64,000 bases of DNA. It comes from Selaginella moellendorffii. Lineage: Eukaryota > Plantae > Lycopodiophyta. The stretch lies in contig NW_003314261.1 in NCBI RefSeq assembly GCF_000143415.4, forward strand, positions 1,688,117 through 1,752,116, read 5' to 3'. Within the stretch, counting starts at the first letter, position 1. Every line of letters starts with the position of its first letter. Of this stretch, positions 27,719 through 40,500 are shown one piece after another. The translations under genes were made by a program, and so were the position numbers. The notes beneath the pieces are model-generated. The model worked only from the letters and a program-made list of their open reading frames with translations, did no database searches and was not told the origin of the DNA.

Positions 27719-30700
27719 TGTAGCACACTTGAATTTGGAGTCAAACTCCAAGCCCGTTGCACTACGAACGAGGGTCCGGTACAATCCCACGAGCACCAGC
27801 TCCTCATATCCAGCACCTACATGCAAAATGGTGTCAGACGAAGTCTGGCACAATTTTGGCATACCGGTGGCCTAACACGAGGAGGAGGGTACTCCACCGA
27901 CTAGAGCAATGTGGAGCTTAGGCTTAGACCCAAGCCGGACGCAAAACAAGAAGCGACACAGCCCAATAGAAGCTAAACTAATATCTTAGGTGGTCGGACA
28001 TGCATTCCAACCACTATCCCTACTATACATTTGGAACCCCCCCCCCCCCTTCCCTTGAGGAACACATGTTTTGGGCTTTCACCCCAAGCCACCCTTAGTA
28101 CCAGGAGTTAGTCTCTAGGACAAGCTCGAAACTTACTAAATATGGAATGGTCTTAGATTGCGAATTTGGACACGGGGTGAACACCATTGTGTTCAAGTTG
28201 ACCTCTAGTGAATCTAGACACTTTCCATAAATAGCATTTGGGACCGAAATGAGATTAACACAAAGGGTGTGATAGCGAGGGTGTTTGGCAGACACGGTAA
28301 GCTATCATCTAGCGAATATTGAGGGACTAGTCTCAATATCGCGGGGATTCCCAACACTAGCAAGTGCAAGTCAACATCATGAGTTTCTCGTCACCGTGTC
28401 AAGTATGCTTGACTTAATGACAACTTAGGATTTCCTTCCTTAATGCCTTTCCGGTCTAAGTGCACATGTGCTGACCAGTTTCTCAACTAGCTTGGGCAGA
28501 GACCACAAAGGGAACCAACAGTACCGACCTCCTGCCGTCGTGGCAGTAAGAAGAGAGTGTCCTTAAGGACTAGCCGACAAGTATTTTTTGATACCCGAAG
28601 TCACATTTGCTACACTCTCCCCCCCTTGGGGAAGATCGACATCCTCGTCGATGTATACTTGAGTCTAGCAAACCCTTAAGGAAATAACTCCCAAAATTAA
28701 TGGAAAGAACACTATGTGGGAGACACACCAACTTAAATGAGTTATGGAATGACCTCTCCTCTACGTCCAAAGACGTTAAGACTCAAACACCCTCTGGCCG
28801 TCACCGACAAGGAAATGACTAACAGAGTTAGCCATCCTTGCTACTCCGAGTACCACTTGGCTTACAAAGGAATGATACATCCCTGCCCGCAGGGACATAG
28901 GGAGAAGGCTAGAGGCCCAACTGCCCCTGAGCAAGAAATCAACCCCGTTGGGAAGATTTAGACAACTATTATAAACTGACAGATTAAGTTGTTTACACGA
29001 CCACACCCTTTTGCAAAAGTGAGTCATCAAGAGAGAGGCAGGGACTTGTAATCAATCTATAATAGTTATCCCCATGGTTATGGATTGGACCCATGCACCA
29101 AAATGCCGAAGTCAGTCTACCAAAACTAACCCAAGGATGAACAAACAATAGAAATGACACTTTGATTTATAGAAATATATTATTTTATTAATTTGCAAGA
29201 TTTATTATAAGAGTTACAAAAGCTATTTTTTTATTACTATTCTCATGCTCTGTGACAAGCTCACGAGCATGTGTAAGATTCTTAAGAGGTTCCCAAGTTG
29301 ATTCACAAGATGGGTAACCTTTCCACTTAACAAGATATTCTTTGGCACGACCACCACGTGCTTTACGAGACAAAAGGATAGCCTCAACCTCATACTCCGG
29401 TTCACCATCAATAACATCCGGAGCTGGACGAACATCCCTAGAGCGGCTAGGATCCTCATGATATAAGGCTAGTAAACTGAAATGAAACACATCATGAAGG
29501 TTGGACATCTCTTGTGGAATATCCAATTGATAGAATACATCACCAAGTCTTTTCAACACCCGATAGGGTCCCACATATCTCAATACCAACTTCCGAGATA
29601 AAGATCCCTTAATGTTCAAGTTCCGGGAAGATAGCCATACCTAATCTCCCACTTGATAAGGTACATCCCGACGATGCTGATCCTTATCACGTCAATACCT
29701 ATCCTGAGCTTTGCCCATCGCCTCAGTAGCTCTAGACCAAACTTGGTGTAGTTGCTCCGCATAAGTCTCAACAGCCAGGACCAACACTTTAGACATTGGT
29801 TTCGGTATAACAATCTATTGAGGAACCCCACGAGCATTTCCTTGCAGCATCTCCCATGGAGAATAGCTGATTTCTACTGTATCCAAATGCTTAACCTAGT
29901 CGTGTTGGTCCGCTGTGACATAGTATTGTAGATAATCCTCAACTTGAGCATTCACGCATTCAGTCTGCCCATCAATTTGAGGATAATAAGCCGTACTAAA
30001 CTTCAACTTGGTACCAATCAACTGGAACAGTGTGCCCCAGAACTTCCCCATAAACCTCAAATCTCTATCCAAGATCATCTCTTCAGGAAGACCACGAACT
30101 CACACTACTTTATGGAAAAAGAGTTTTGCTGCTTGTTTCGCATTCACTGTTCCCACGATTGGAATGAAGTGTGCAATTTTTGACAACCGATCCACAACCA
30201 CCATCAACTATATGACCGAGAAAGTTTATGCGCAATTGACCAAAAGCGCATTTACTTTCCTTAGCATACAGTTTGTGTTCGCACAACTTCTGAAACACCA
30301 GCTTCAAGTGTTTCAAATGATCCTCCAACGTTTCACTGAAGATTAGAACATCGTCGATATATAGGACAACAAATGTGTCCAGATAATCTCCGAATATCCT
30401 ATCCATCATAATGCTGAACGTTACCGGAGCATTGCATAACCCGAACAGTATGACAAGGAATTCATAAGATCTGTACCGAGTCTTAAAGGCTATCTTCTCC
30501 ACATCCTGATCCGCCACTCGTATCTGATGATACCCGGACTGCAAATCAAGTCGCGTAAAATACTTAGCCTTGAAGAGTTGGTCAAACAAATCATCAATGC
30601 GAAGCAAAGGATAACTGTTCTTAACCATGATCTTATTGAGTACCCGATAGTCAATACACATCCTCATGGTTCCATCTTTTTTTATAACAAAAAGGACTGG

Positions 30701-32978
30701 CGCTCCATAAGATGACTTGCTTGGTTGGATATGACCTTTGTCAAGAAGCTCTGTGAGTTATTTCTTGAGTTTAGCCATTTCCTTAATGTTCAACCGATAT
30801 GGAGCTTTTGTAGGTGGTTTAGAACCTGGAATAACCTCAATCTGATGATCAACCTCATGGCTAGGAGGTAGCCCTAGTGGCAAATCCTTTGGGAAGATAT
30901 CCTAATTCCGCGCCAACAACTCCAATATTTTCTATGGTACAGGATCAACCCTATCACCAATTTGAATTGAGTCACCCACACTCTTAGCTTCCATCACTTG
31001 AACCCAAAAGGTCTGACATCCCTTCTTAGCTGCTTTTTGAGCAACCCTTGCAGTCAAGAACTTTGCATCCCAATCCTTTGAGGAACGCTTTTGCAATTGG
31101 AAGGACACATCGGGACGTCCTTCAGACTTCAACGTGATACGACTTTGTCCAGCACCATAAATCCCTTTTATATATTTGATGAAGAAGTCCATATCAAACA
31201 CCATCTAAAAATCTGGTATCTTCAACACTACCAAGTCCACTCTTTCTTTCCACTTGGATATCTTTATTGGAACATCACTCACAAACTTTCTGGCTACTTG
31301 CCCACCTTCCGCAAACTAGAAGTGCATAGGCGACATTTGCTCAACATTCAATCTTAACAACTTAACTAAGTCTTTGGATATCACGCTGTGCATAGCTCCC
31401 GTGTCAATCATCACTCGGATTCGATGTCCACGAACAAAGCCTACTAGATACATCAACGGATTAGTGTTTGCATTAACTACAAGAAAAGCTTGAGGAAAGC
31501 AATGAAAGTTACTCACCTCTTCTTCGTCATAGTCTGCATTGACCAACTCATCAACCCCTTCAACTTCACCACCACCGTCTTCCCTCATGACATTAACCCG
31601 AGACCTTGTCTTATGCTTGTTGGGACATTTCGAGGACCTATGTCCCAACTCTCCATAATGGAAGCAATGACCCACACTACCCGTTCTGCTAGGAGCAGGT
31701 TTTGCAGGTTGCTGCTGCTTGTACCCACCAGAAGGAGGAACAGAGGGCCTAGGACCAGAAGAAGCTGCTGATGGTCTTCAACTACCACCACCTTTGTTAA
31801 CCTTTGCTTGTGAGCCTCCAGAGCAAAACCTACCTTCCACCTTCTGTTTTCAATCACTTTGTTTATTCCCAGAATTTTTATTCTTATCTGAGTTACTAGC
31901 ATACGATTGCTGATATTGTTCCATGAGCGAGTGACTAAAAGCAACTTGTTGCGCTGCCTCCTTACACTCTAGGTACGTCTTCGGCTTAAACTTCAAAATC
32001 TCATTGCGAGAAAGTGAACTTAAACCTTCCAGAAAATAACTTTGAGCATCTTCGTCACTCATATTTGCAATCATAATGCGCTTCTGAGCAAACACATTAA
32101 CATAATGCATGAGATCCCCTCGCTGCTTTAACCACCGCAGCTCCGCATGAAGTCTCAGACCAAGATCATCCAGCAAGTATTCCTTACGGATACGAGACCG
32201 CATCTTGGTCCAACTTCTAGTCTGCCCTTTTTCAGCACACACTTGGCACCACCAAGTTTTGGCATGATCAGTGAGAAAGGATTACGCACACGCAACTTTC
32301 ATATGATCATCTACATCTGCCATTTTGAAATAGTTTTCCATATCGTAGACCCAGTCTTCCAAAACTTGATAGTTCCGCAGGCCTCTGAAGTTGGGTGGTT
32401 TCAGAGGCTTGAACTTTGAAACACGTGCAACCGGGGGCGGTTGCAGAACTTTATTGTCCTCAAAAGTTGAAGACGAGTCCAGTTGCTTAGGTTTAGCTAA
32501 TTTAGCTGCCTCAGCCTCTTTCTTCCTCTTCTTGTTCTCCTTCTTCAATTTGTGAATCTCCCTTCGCAAATTCTTGATCTCAACTTCCTAAGCCATACGC
32601 TATAGCGCCCCAGCATGTGGCTCTTCCTCTTTTGACTCGGCCTCAGCCTCTTCCGCAGCATCTCTAGCAGGAGTTTCCTCCTCTCGATTCGCCCGTCTAG
32701 AGGTTTTAGTGTCATCAGCTCAGTTCCTGTTCACCATCCTGCTAGCTGCATGCATGCCTCTATCAATAACTGAACATGCATACAACGTTCTTACCAAATG
32801 GTGCTATCCAACTAATCCTACACAGGTTGCTTCGGATCTACAAAAAAAGTCTCTGCGTATGCAACTTGAGTCAGAAAATCTGACAAAAGTTGGATAGGAA
32901 TCGCTGAGAAAATTCCTCTAATACCAAAAGTAACGCACCAAAATAACTGAATTTGGAGCCAAACTCCAAGCCCATTGC
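27719..32978 (-). mobile_element. Chromovirus-type Ty3/Gypsy retrotransposon with an internal RT-to-IN deletion and a split 5' LTR
   Basis: 3' LTR 27719-28614; PPT 28615-28627; Met-type PBS (tggtattagag on minus) 32916-32926; 5' LTR stub 32929-32978; TSD CTCTA. Confidence 0.92.
29188..32700 (-). pseudogene. Chromoviral gag-pol: gag, zinc knuckle, protease, RT, partial integrase, chromodomain
   Basis: CFHYGELGHRSSKC; IDTGA; [19 protein letters not shown]; DRD..STAYYPQIDGQTE; YVGPY; chromodomain EYEVEAIL...EYLVKWKGYPSCESTWEP. Confidence 0.93.
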
Positions 32979-33567
32979 CTAAAAGCTCTTGGATTTTTCT
33001 GTTGTTGTGGTATTCATGTAGAAGAGGTTGGCTGGAATGAGCAAGAGCTTCTAGCTGCTGTCCAACTCTTGGGACTGATCACAAAAGTTTCCTGAGTGAA
33101 AGGGCCTTAAAATATTGCATGTAGATATATACAAATAAAAATATCAAAAGAAAGGAATTGTATAACATTATTGATTTTTGTACTCATCTAGGGCAATACT
33201 AGGAGGTTGCAGCCAAGGAGGGAAAAACTCTCCTTTTACCATAGGCCCTCCTCCTCTGCCTTTGCAGCCAGACAAATTTTCTTTATGACAGCTCCTCCTC
33301 AGCACCAAATTTTTGCTCACTTCAGGTTTCTCTTCTTTACTGCAGCTCCTTAGCCTTGAAGTTTGCGGAAGAAGAGGCAGTGCTAGAGATGGAGGCCCAG
33401 GAGCTTGTGTTGCTCAAGCATAGGGTATGTGGATGGGCATTTCGAGTGATCGTCCTCTGCAGTGTTGGATATATAGAGCTTGGCTCATGCATATGTGGCT
33501 CATCCTGTTTTCTGCAGAAGTTCTCCCTTTTGTCTTTAGTGCCAGATTAGCAATGGAGCACTATGGC

Positions 33568-34260
33568 TAGTGCTTATAGAATTGGAGAGCCTGCTTGGAT
33601 CTCTCATACCCTGCACAAGAATTTTCTGCTCATCTTTGTAGGATGCCCTAGCTAGGAATAGGTAAGATCTTTCCATTCTTGTAGAGGAAATTCATTTTTC
33701 AGGTTTTGCACTGGGGTTCAATATGTGAGAAGTTGGCTTTCATGATGGTAGGTATACTGCCATGGCTGGGCAAGCTCAATTGAAGGCATTCATTTTACCG
33801 GCAGTGGATGACTTTGAACTCTTGATTTTGTGTAAACACCTCTGGGTTGGCTGTGAGATCAATGCAGTCACTAGAGTAGTTCCCAGTGAGAAATTCTTCA
33901 TGTCTCTTTCTACAACTACAATTCTCTTATATAAAACATTACAAGAGAATGGAGTTGTGCTTCAAGCTGTCACCATATGGATCAATGACCCCACTAATTC
34001 ACAAATGTTAAGGAGAAGCTACTTAGGAGGATCACTATTATATGTCTCTGCTAATAGCTAAATTTGGGTGTTTTACATATTGCTTCAAGTATGTATATTG
34101 CCAACAGCAACACATTTTGAGCATGGTGAGGTGAGCATGGTGAGGTGCTAGAAATCTAGATGCTAGATGTTTTCTTTTGAATTTTTTTCCCCATAAAGCT
34201 TTTGGCTAATATAATTGTCGTTTTGCTTAGATTTAAAGTTTTTTGAGAACTTCACCTTGC
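33568..34260. repeat. ~700 bp segment repeated at 47017-47709 (probably decayed retroelement sequence)
   Basis: Colinear match beginning tgcttatagaattggagag / tgcttacagaattggagag. Confidence 0.85.
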
Positions 34261-34557
34261 CAACCCACCAGTTTTTTGCTGGGTAATTTCTAGTCTATAA
34301 TAATGAGGAGGAGTTGCCGGATCTAACTAATGGCAGCCATCCGATGGGGGGGTAACTATAAAAAGGTTATTTCTTTAACCATGTCTTGCTAAAATATTTA
34401 AATAAGGTTTTGTCTCGGCCAATAGCTGTCTGGCATAACTTACATGCCTATTGGCTCTTCTAAGAGAAGAAGGAAATTTGACACGTGTGTCCTATACAAA
34501 TGTATCCTCTCCTTTATTTGGTCAATTATTGCTTAGTGAATAATTGCAAGTGAAGAA

Positions 34558-34854
34558 GGTTATGTGGCTGATGTCAATGATGTTTTCCCTAGTGATGAAG
34601 GTGTTGAGAAGGAAGATGCCATGTGTGGGCACAGTGAAAAGTTAGCTATTGCATGTGCCTTAATCAACTCCAAGCCTAGGACAACTATAAGAATCGTGAA
34701 GAATTACCATTAATTCTTGAATTGAAGTGGGTTTGTGAATACCACTACCAGAATCTCTAAGGTTGAGGGCAGAGAAATTATGTGCAGGGATGCTAGCTGA
34801 CTGCACGTCTTTAGAAATGGCATCTACTCATGTGATGATTATTTTTTATTGTGA
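34558..34854 (+). pseudogene. C-terminal DYW deaminase domain remnant of a PPR RNA-editing factor
   Basis: GYVAD...EKEDAMCGHSEKLAIACALINSKPRTTIRIVKN ... ISKVEGREIMCRDAS*LHVFRNGIYSCDDYF. CxxC region disrupted; no PPR repeats recognised upstream. Confidence 0.88.
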
Positions 34855-34932
34855 TCACAGATTTACCTGTCAATAGCTTTTAGAAGCAGATACCTCATCT
34901 CCATTTTGCATTCTATCTTCATTTTCTAATAT

Positions 34933-34998
34933 GATATTACTGTTTCAAGTTGCAAATGTGTTCACGCCAACACATTTGCAACTTGAAACACTAATATC
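34933..34998. repeat. Near-perfect ~30-bp-stem hairpin
   Basis: gatattactgtttcaagttgcaaatgtgtt-cacgcc-aacacatttgcaacttgaaacactaatatc. Confidence 0.9.
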
Positions 34999-35703
34999 TA
35001 GTCTAGGGCTAGTCTCTAGCAATTTGCTCGGCATGCAAACTGGGGCACACTACTTCGATGAGCAATGTCCTTCACTCTTCTATGGCACATAAGGAAAGAG
35101 CTGTCATCACTACTGTGATTGTGGTGCCTAGGGAAGAAAAGAAGACGATGTGACACAGGGTTTCCATTCCTGTCTTGCAGAGTGGGCAGTGTCCCGCCTC
35201 CCTAGGTGTCTGTCTTCACATGAGTTCAATGTGTAATGAGTGTGCCTACTTACCAGAAATCAGTAAACTAATAAAGACCACTTGACTGTCCCCAAATTTT
35301 TCTTGCCCAGAGGCACAAGCTCCTTTTCCCTCACATTAGCTTGATTGGGGGATGGTCCAAAGTTGAGTTGAGCTCATGCGTTGAGCTCAATTCAACACAA
35401 GTCAACTCAAGTCAACATAGTCAATAAGAAATATTACAAAGGAGATCTAAATTGAACAAATGAAGGTTCTAGCAACCTTTAAAATATTAAAATACGTAAA
35501 TATCTAAGTTAAAAGTTTCTATAAGATTGAATTGTTTAAAAAAGACAAAGTTCATGAGAACTTATCTTTTATAAAACTATATTATTTTATTATGACAACT
35601 GTTACAGCTGTCATATTTGATTTGACTACTTAATATTTTGAATACTTTTACAGCTGTAGATACTATTCCTTCATTCAAAAGAGTTTTTAGGGTTCTTGAG
35701 AAG

Positions 35704-35952
35704 ATGGGAAGCAAGGAAAATACAAGATCTGTGAGTAAGAGTTGTAGTGCAAAGGAATGTGAAAATGTTAATTTTGTTTCACTACCACAATTTCCATATT
35801 ACACTCCTGGTCCTTATTACCCATCTGGGAATGTGGAGACCACTATCACGATTGATAAAAATGCTCCTGTTACTTCTAAAACAACAGTCCAGAGCAAGAG
35901 AAATGAAGAAATGAACAGCACAGTGGAAAGCACCAAGAAATCTACTCCATAA
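35704..35952 (+). CDS. Small Ser/Thr-rich ORF in the MULE, unknown function
   Basis: ATG 35704 (MGSKENTR...) open to the stop at 35952; no recognisable motif. Confidence 0.25.
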   Translation: MGSKENTRSVSKSCSAKECENVNFVSLPQFPYYTPGPYYPSGNVETTITIDKNAPVTSKTTVQSKRNEEMNSTVESTKKSTP

Positions 35953-36417
35953 AACTTTCCATGACATTTGTAATTTACATATTAATTCATATTAAAAACT
36001 CTATTGCTTGCCGATATCGCAATCCTCTCATATGATAAGACCAAGGTATATTTTGCAGTGAATCCTCATTAAAAGTTTTTGGGAATTGTTTGTAAATAAT
36101 GATAAAAGAAATCAAAATCTTTCGAAAGACTCAAAAGTAATATCACATCAAAGAATCAACTTTATCTACATTTCCAAGACTAAAAGGCAATCTCACATGA
36201 GAGAATGGTAGCATGCCAACGTGCTCTACCACTATAATGTGGTCTATATTTCCTTGCAATTTATTTCCGTAGACATTTGGCATGTGTATATGTGTAGCAA
36301 AGTAGGATTCATCATAATGATAGAGCATGTGTATACACGATAATCTAAAATTCTAGAAGCTCTTATGTTTACAAGAAAGCTATGATTATGAAGCCCCATT
36401 TCCAAGATTGACATTTA

Positions 36418-36558
36418 AAGAATCTGAGTATTGTCAGTGTCATAATAAATAAACCTCATTCCCAAGAATCTGAGTATTGTCAGTGTCATAATAAATAAAC
36501 CTCGTTCCCAAGAATCTGAGTATTGTCAGTGTCATAATAAATAAACCGCATTCCCAAG
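36418..36558. repeat. Three tandem copies of a 46-bp unit in the MULE
   Basis: aagaatctgagtattgtcagtgtcataataaataaacctcattccc x3. Confidence 0.92.
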
Positions 36559-36647
36559 ACTAAAACTTAGTATATAAACTATCTAGAAAAGTTATAGTCA
36601 TTGTAGGTTTTTTGTTCTCCTTGAGCTCCTTAGAAGTTTATATTGAA

Positions 36648-37193
36648 ATGGCTCAAAGGAGACCCATTGCTAATCGTACTTAGCCCCCCAGCATTTCATA
36701 TCAATCTCCACCTCCATCCCCAAGTTCTACCAACATTCCACCTTCACCTCTACGTAACAATCCTTTTTCTGCTGAGGGCTCTAGTGAAGCTGAATTAGAG
36801 CTCCCTATATGTGAAATTCCAGATCTTGCTACTAGAGAGGGATTGCCTTTAGCGCTTCAAGAGCAATGCCACATGTTTTTGCAAGATCTTGCTCTTGACA
36901 TGGCAGGACTACTTGAAAGCACAGAACGCTATTACATTCGGTGTCCAATATGCTACTTTTTCTTGGACAAGACAAATGGCTCTATGGGTTTACAAACTTT
37001 TCTTGAGCACTGTTAGAATTACCCAACGGCAGGTCTGGAAAATGTGCACATGTGGATGTACAATAGATTCAAGAATGAATTACAGACACATACCCACTAT
37101 CGCTTCATGGTGAGGAACAACATCCCCTTGGGAAACACTGCATTGGCTAGTGCAAAATATGGGGTTTTTAGGCCACCCTATAGTGGAATGTAA
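36648..37193 (+). pseudogene. MULE cargo ORF (~181 codons) with a CxxC...HC...H zinc finger and two nonsense codons
   Basis: MAQRRP... Pro/Ser-rich N-terminus; RCPICYFFLDKTNGSMGLQTFLEHC*NYPTAGLENVH. TAG codons at 36681 and 37014; no frameshifts. Confidence 0.6.
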
Positions 37194-37502
37194 GATCTAG
37201 AATTACTTTACTATACTATAGTATTGTCACTATTAAAAGAAAAAATATAATAAAATGATATTAGTTGTAGGTAACATACCTTGTTCTAGAAGGTGCTATC
37301 ATATCACATACAATTGTTTACAAAATGTTGAAGGAGGAGATGGCAACACACAAACGCTACAAAGTGATGGTGACAGGTGAGAATGATAATCTATAATTAT
37401 AGTATCTGACACTGACACTGACATCTGACAATTTTACTGACATCTGACACTTTCACTGACATCTAACATATAACAAGCTTTCCATTTTATGTAAGGATGC
37501 AA

Positions 37503-40500
37503 TTAACTTTCTTCTGCCTCATCATCAACATAATGATTTCTTTTATACTTCCTCCTATAGTGGTATTGTGGGGAAGATTCACCTTGCATATGTTGAGCCA
37601 TGGCTTCTGCATAGTCAGGGAGACTTCCAAAGCCTCCAATTCTAGAAACTCCAGGTGACTGTGATCTATAAAATAGAATGAAATATATATTGAAATTTTA
37701 ATAAACATAATTTACCTCCTTGAGGTTGAAGGCAACTCACGAAATCCTCTGAGCCGGCGTTTGAAGAAATGAAGTTCTTCAATAGCAAACACCGACCTAC
37801 CAGAGTCACGTGCTGCCTCCACCATAGAACCACTACCTACTGTGCAATCAATCACAATACCATCTGGTGGGCAATAGAGCTCAAGCAAGACTTGCATTGC
37901 TGATGGAGTTCGGAATCGGTACCCTGGAAACGTGTTGCGGATCTGCTCATCCACAAGGTTGGGTATGATGTTAGTGGAACTGTCGTACCCAGGCAAAACA
38001 CGTGCTGCACGTTCGCTATCACGAAACCCATCATGTGTGTTTCTGCAGAAGGCATGATAGGTCCACATCATAACCTGGAAAATAAAAATGTTTAGAAATT
38101 AGATAAAAATATAAAATACATACTCACCTTTTCAGGCTTCCCTTGGACGTCCCTCATATCAACGCCAATAGGATTCATAATGCACCCAGAAGAGAATGAC
38201 TTGAAATGAACTTCTACTGCACACGTCATAAGCTCATACATCCAGTTGGGGTCGTTCGGTAGGATGAAGACGACATGGCCAACTTCGAGCATAAGTACTT
38301 TGGACAATAGGAATGCATCGCGCAAGTGGTCAGGTGTGAGAAAGTTCCAATCCTCAACTTTCCCATCGATATCTGAAAGACCATCTGGAAAGTCGAAGAG
38401 AATGAAGTCCGCAATTGGGAGCACGGGCCTTTGTATCTTTCGGCACCAACGGCTGAACTGGCGGCGTATATCCATGTTGATGTCGTCTTCCGTGAAAGAT
38501 GTCAATAATCTACTGTAAGAGCCAATGAAGATACCCACAATGCCTCGTTGTGTTATTGGGGACACAGGACGGACCTATAAAAGAGCTAAGTGAATGAAAA
38601 AAGTAATAAATAGTATGATACCGTCATATGGCGTGTTGTCGATGAGAGTTCCTCCAACTCCTCTTCACGAGCATCTCGTCGAGCTAGAATGAAATTACTA
38701 CCAACAGTCATTGCTGCAAAAAACATGTATTACCACCTTTAGTTTGTAAAATTCACTTTTGCTTACCTCGAGGTCGACGTGATATTTGGTGAACCACTTG
38801 ATCATCGTTATTTACTGGTAAAACCTGATCCGGATCTTGGTTGTTTGATGGTTGAATTGGAGCATGTTCCTGATTGTCTGGTGGTGGAACATGAACTTGA
38901 TCTGGAGCTTCCTCATCCTCGTCTCCATCGTCACTTGCATTGCTATCGTTGCTAGCATTGATAATTTCCTCGCGATCTAGTGTAGAGGTCTCCTTCCCTA
39001 GGAGCTCCAACTCCCAAAGGCATTCTATCTTCCGTGCCTTTGGAACTCTCGCAAACATTGTTGGATACATTCCTCCATCTCTTACACCCTTTGCAACAAG
39101 TCAAGTGCAAACTGGTGCCTCAAATAGCATGCCTCTATATCGAAGATACCTGTAAACAATATATATTAAAAAACAGTCTTAGAAATCATATTATACCTAT
39201 AAGCTGCATGTCGCATGAAATAAGGTTGACCATGTTGGCAATCATAAGTTGTTGTGCTTGTAGACTTCTCTGGCAGCCACCCCTCTTCGATCCCTTCCAA
39301 TGACGTGTTGATGTAGGTGTCGAAAGACATGAATGTGCCATCTGGATCGTCACCAATGTGTGGTGCCAAGAACTTCTCACCTTCATTTATAGTTTGCGTG
39401 ATGTAGACAGCCCTTCTCATCATGTTCTCAAATAGTTCTGGCAGTCCTTTCTCTCTGTTCATTAAGCAGACATTGAGGAACTCCAGAGTCTCTATCTGTT
39501 GCTTATATGGAAGCTTCGATTTTGCGATATTGTAAATCATATCATCTGGAGTTTTGTTCACTGCAAAAGTAACATATGCATAATTAAGAAAAATGAAGTG
39601 TGATAAAAAATTTACATTCATGAGAAGAAATTTCGGCTATAGTCTCTAGCCACTCCTTCGGCCTGCGATTGTTTGCAATGCATACTAATTTCTTCAACTT
39701 TGAGGACTTTGCATGCTGAATTTTGTGCTCAATTTGTACAAACTCAGCTGAGAGCTCTTCCCGACTCTTCTCCGGATATGCAAGTTCGTAAGCATCCTGC
39801 TTGACCTTCACCAAAGGCTAAAAACCAAAACAATTAAAAGAGGCTTTTATAAAATAAAAGGGAAAGACATACCTTACACCACACAGCGAGCATAAAACTG
39901 ATTGGGTTGTTGAACCAAGTTGTACCGTCATTTCGAGTGCGTGAGTGCCGAACAAGTGTTGCGAGATCATCACCATAATGTTGGCGGATGTCATCCTCAC
40001 TCAAGTCTGCCAAAAATCGAAGTTGCTCGATGTCATGGACAAGATTTTGTTTTTGAACAGCAAACTGCCCAAGCCTACATTTAAACACAACAAAACAAGT
40101 TAAAGTGGAGTTAGAGGTAAAATTATAAAACTTACGCATTGATCTTTTGGCAGGCCAAGATAAGTCTGTTGACATCCAAAGGTCCCCTCGCGTAGACATG
40201 GCTGACTAGAACGTTGATATGGTAGACAGGATCATCGCGAAAATGATCGTCGATACACTTCATCCAAGCTCCATATCGGTGGTTACCGTCAATAATTTGG
40301 AACATTGTCCCCGCAAGCTGTCGAGTCTCAGGATGTCTGATAAGCATGTCATCAAATTCTAGGGACTTCCTCCTCCAAATAGGATCCCAGCTATTCACAA
40401 TCTCGGGTGTGACAGTAATGATCTCCGTTGTTCCTGGCTTGCAAAAAGAGACTAGAAACATACCGATATTTGTTGCAAGGCCATTCTGTTTGAACAAGTT

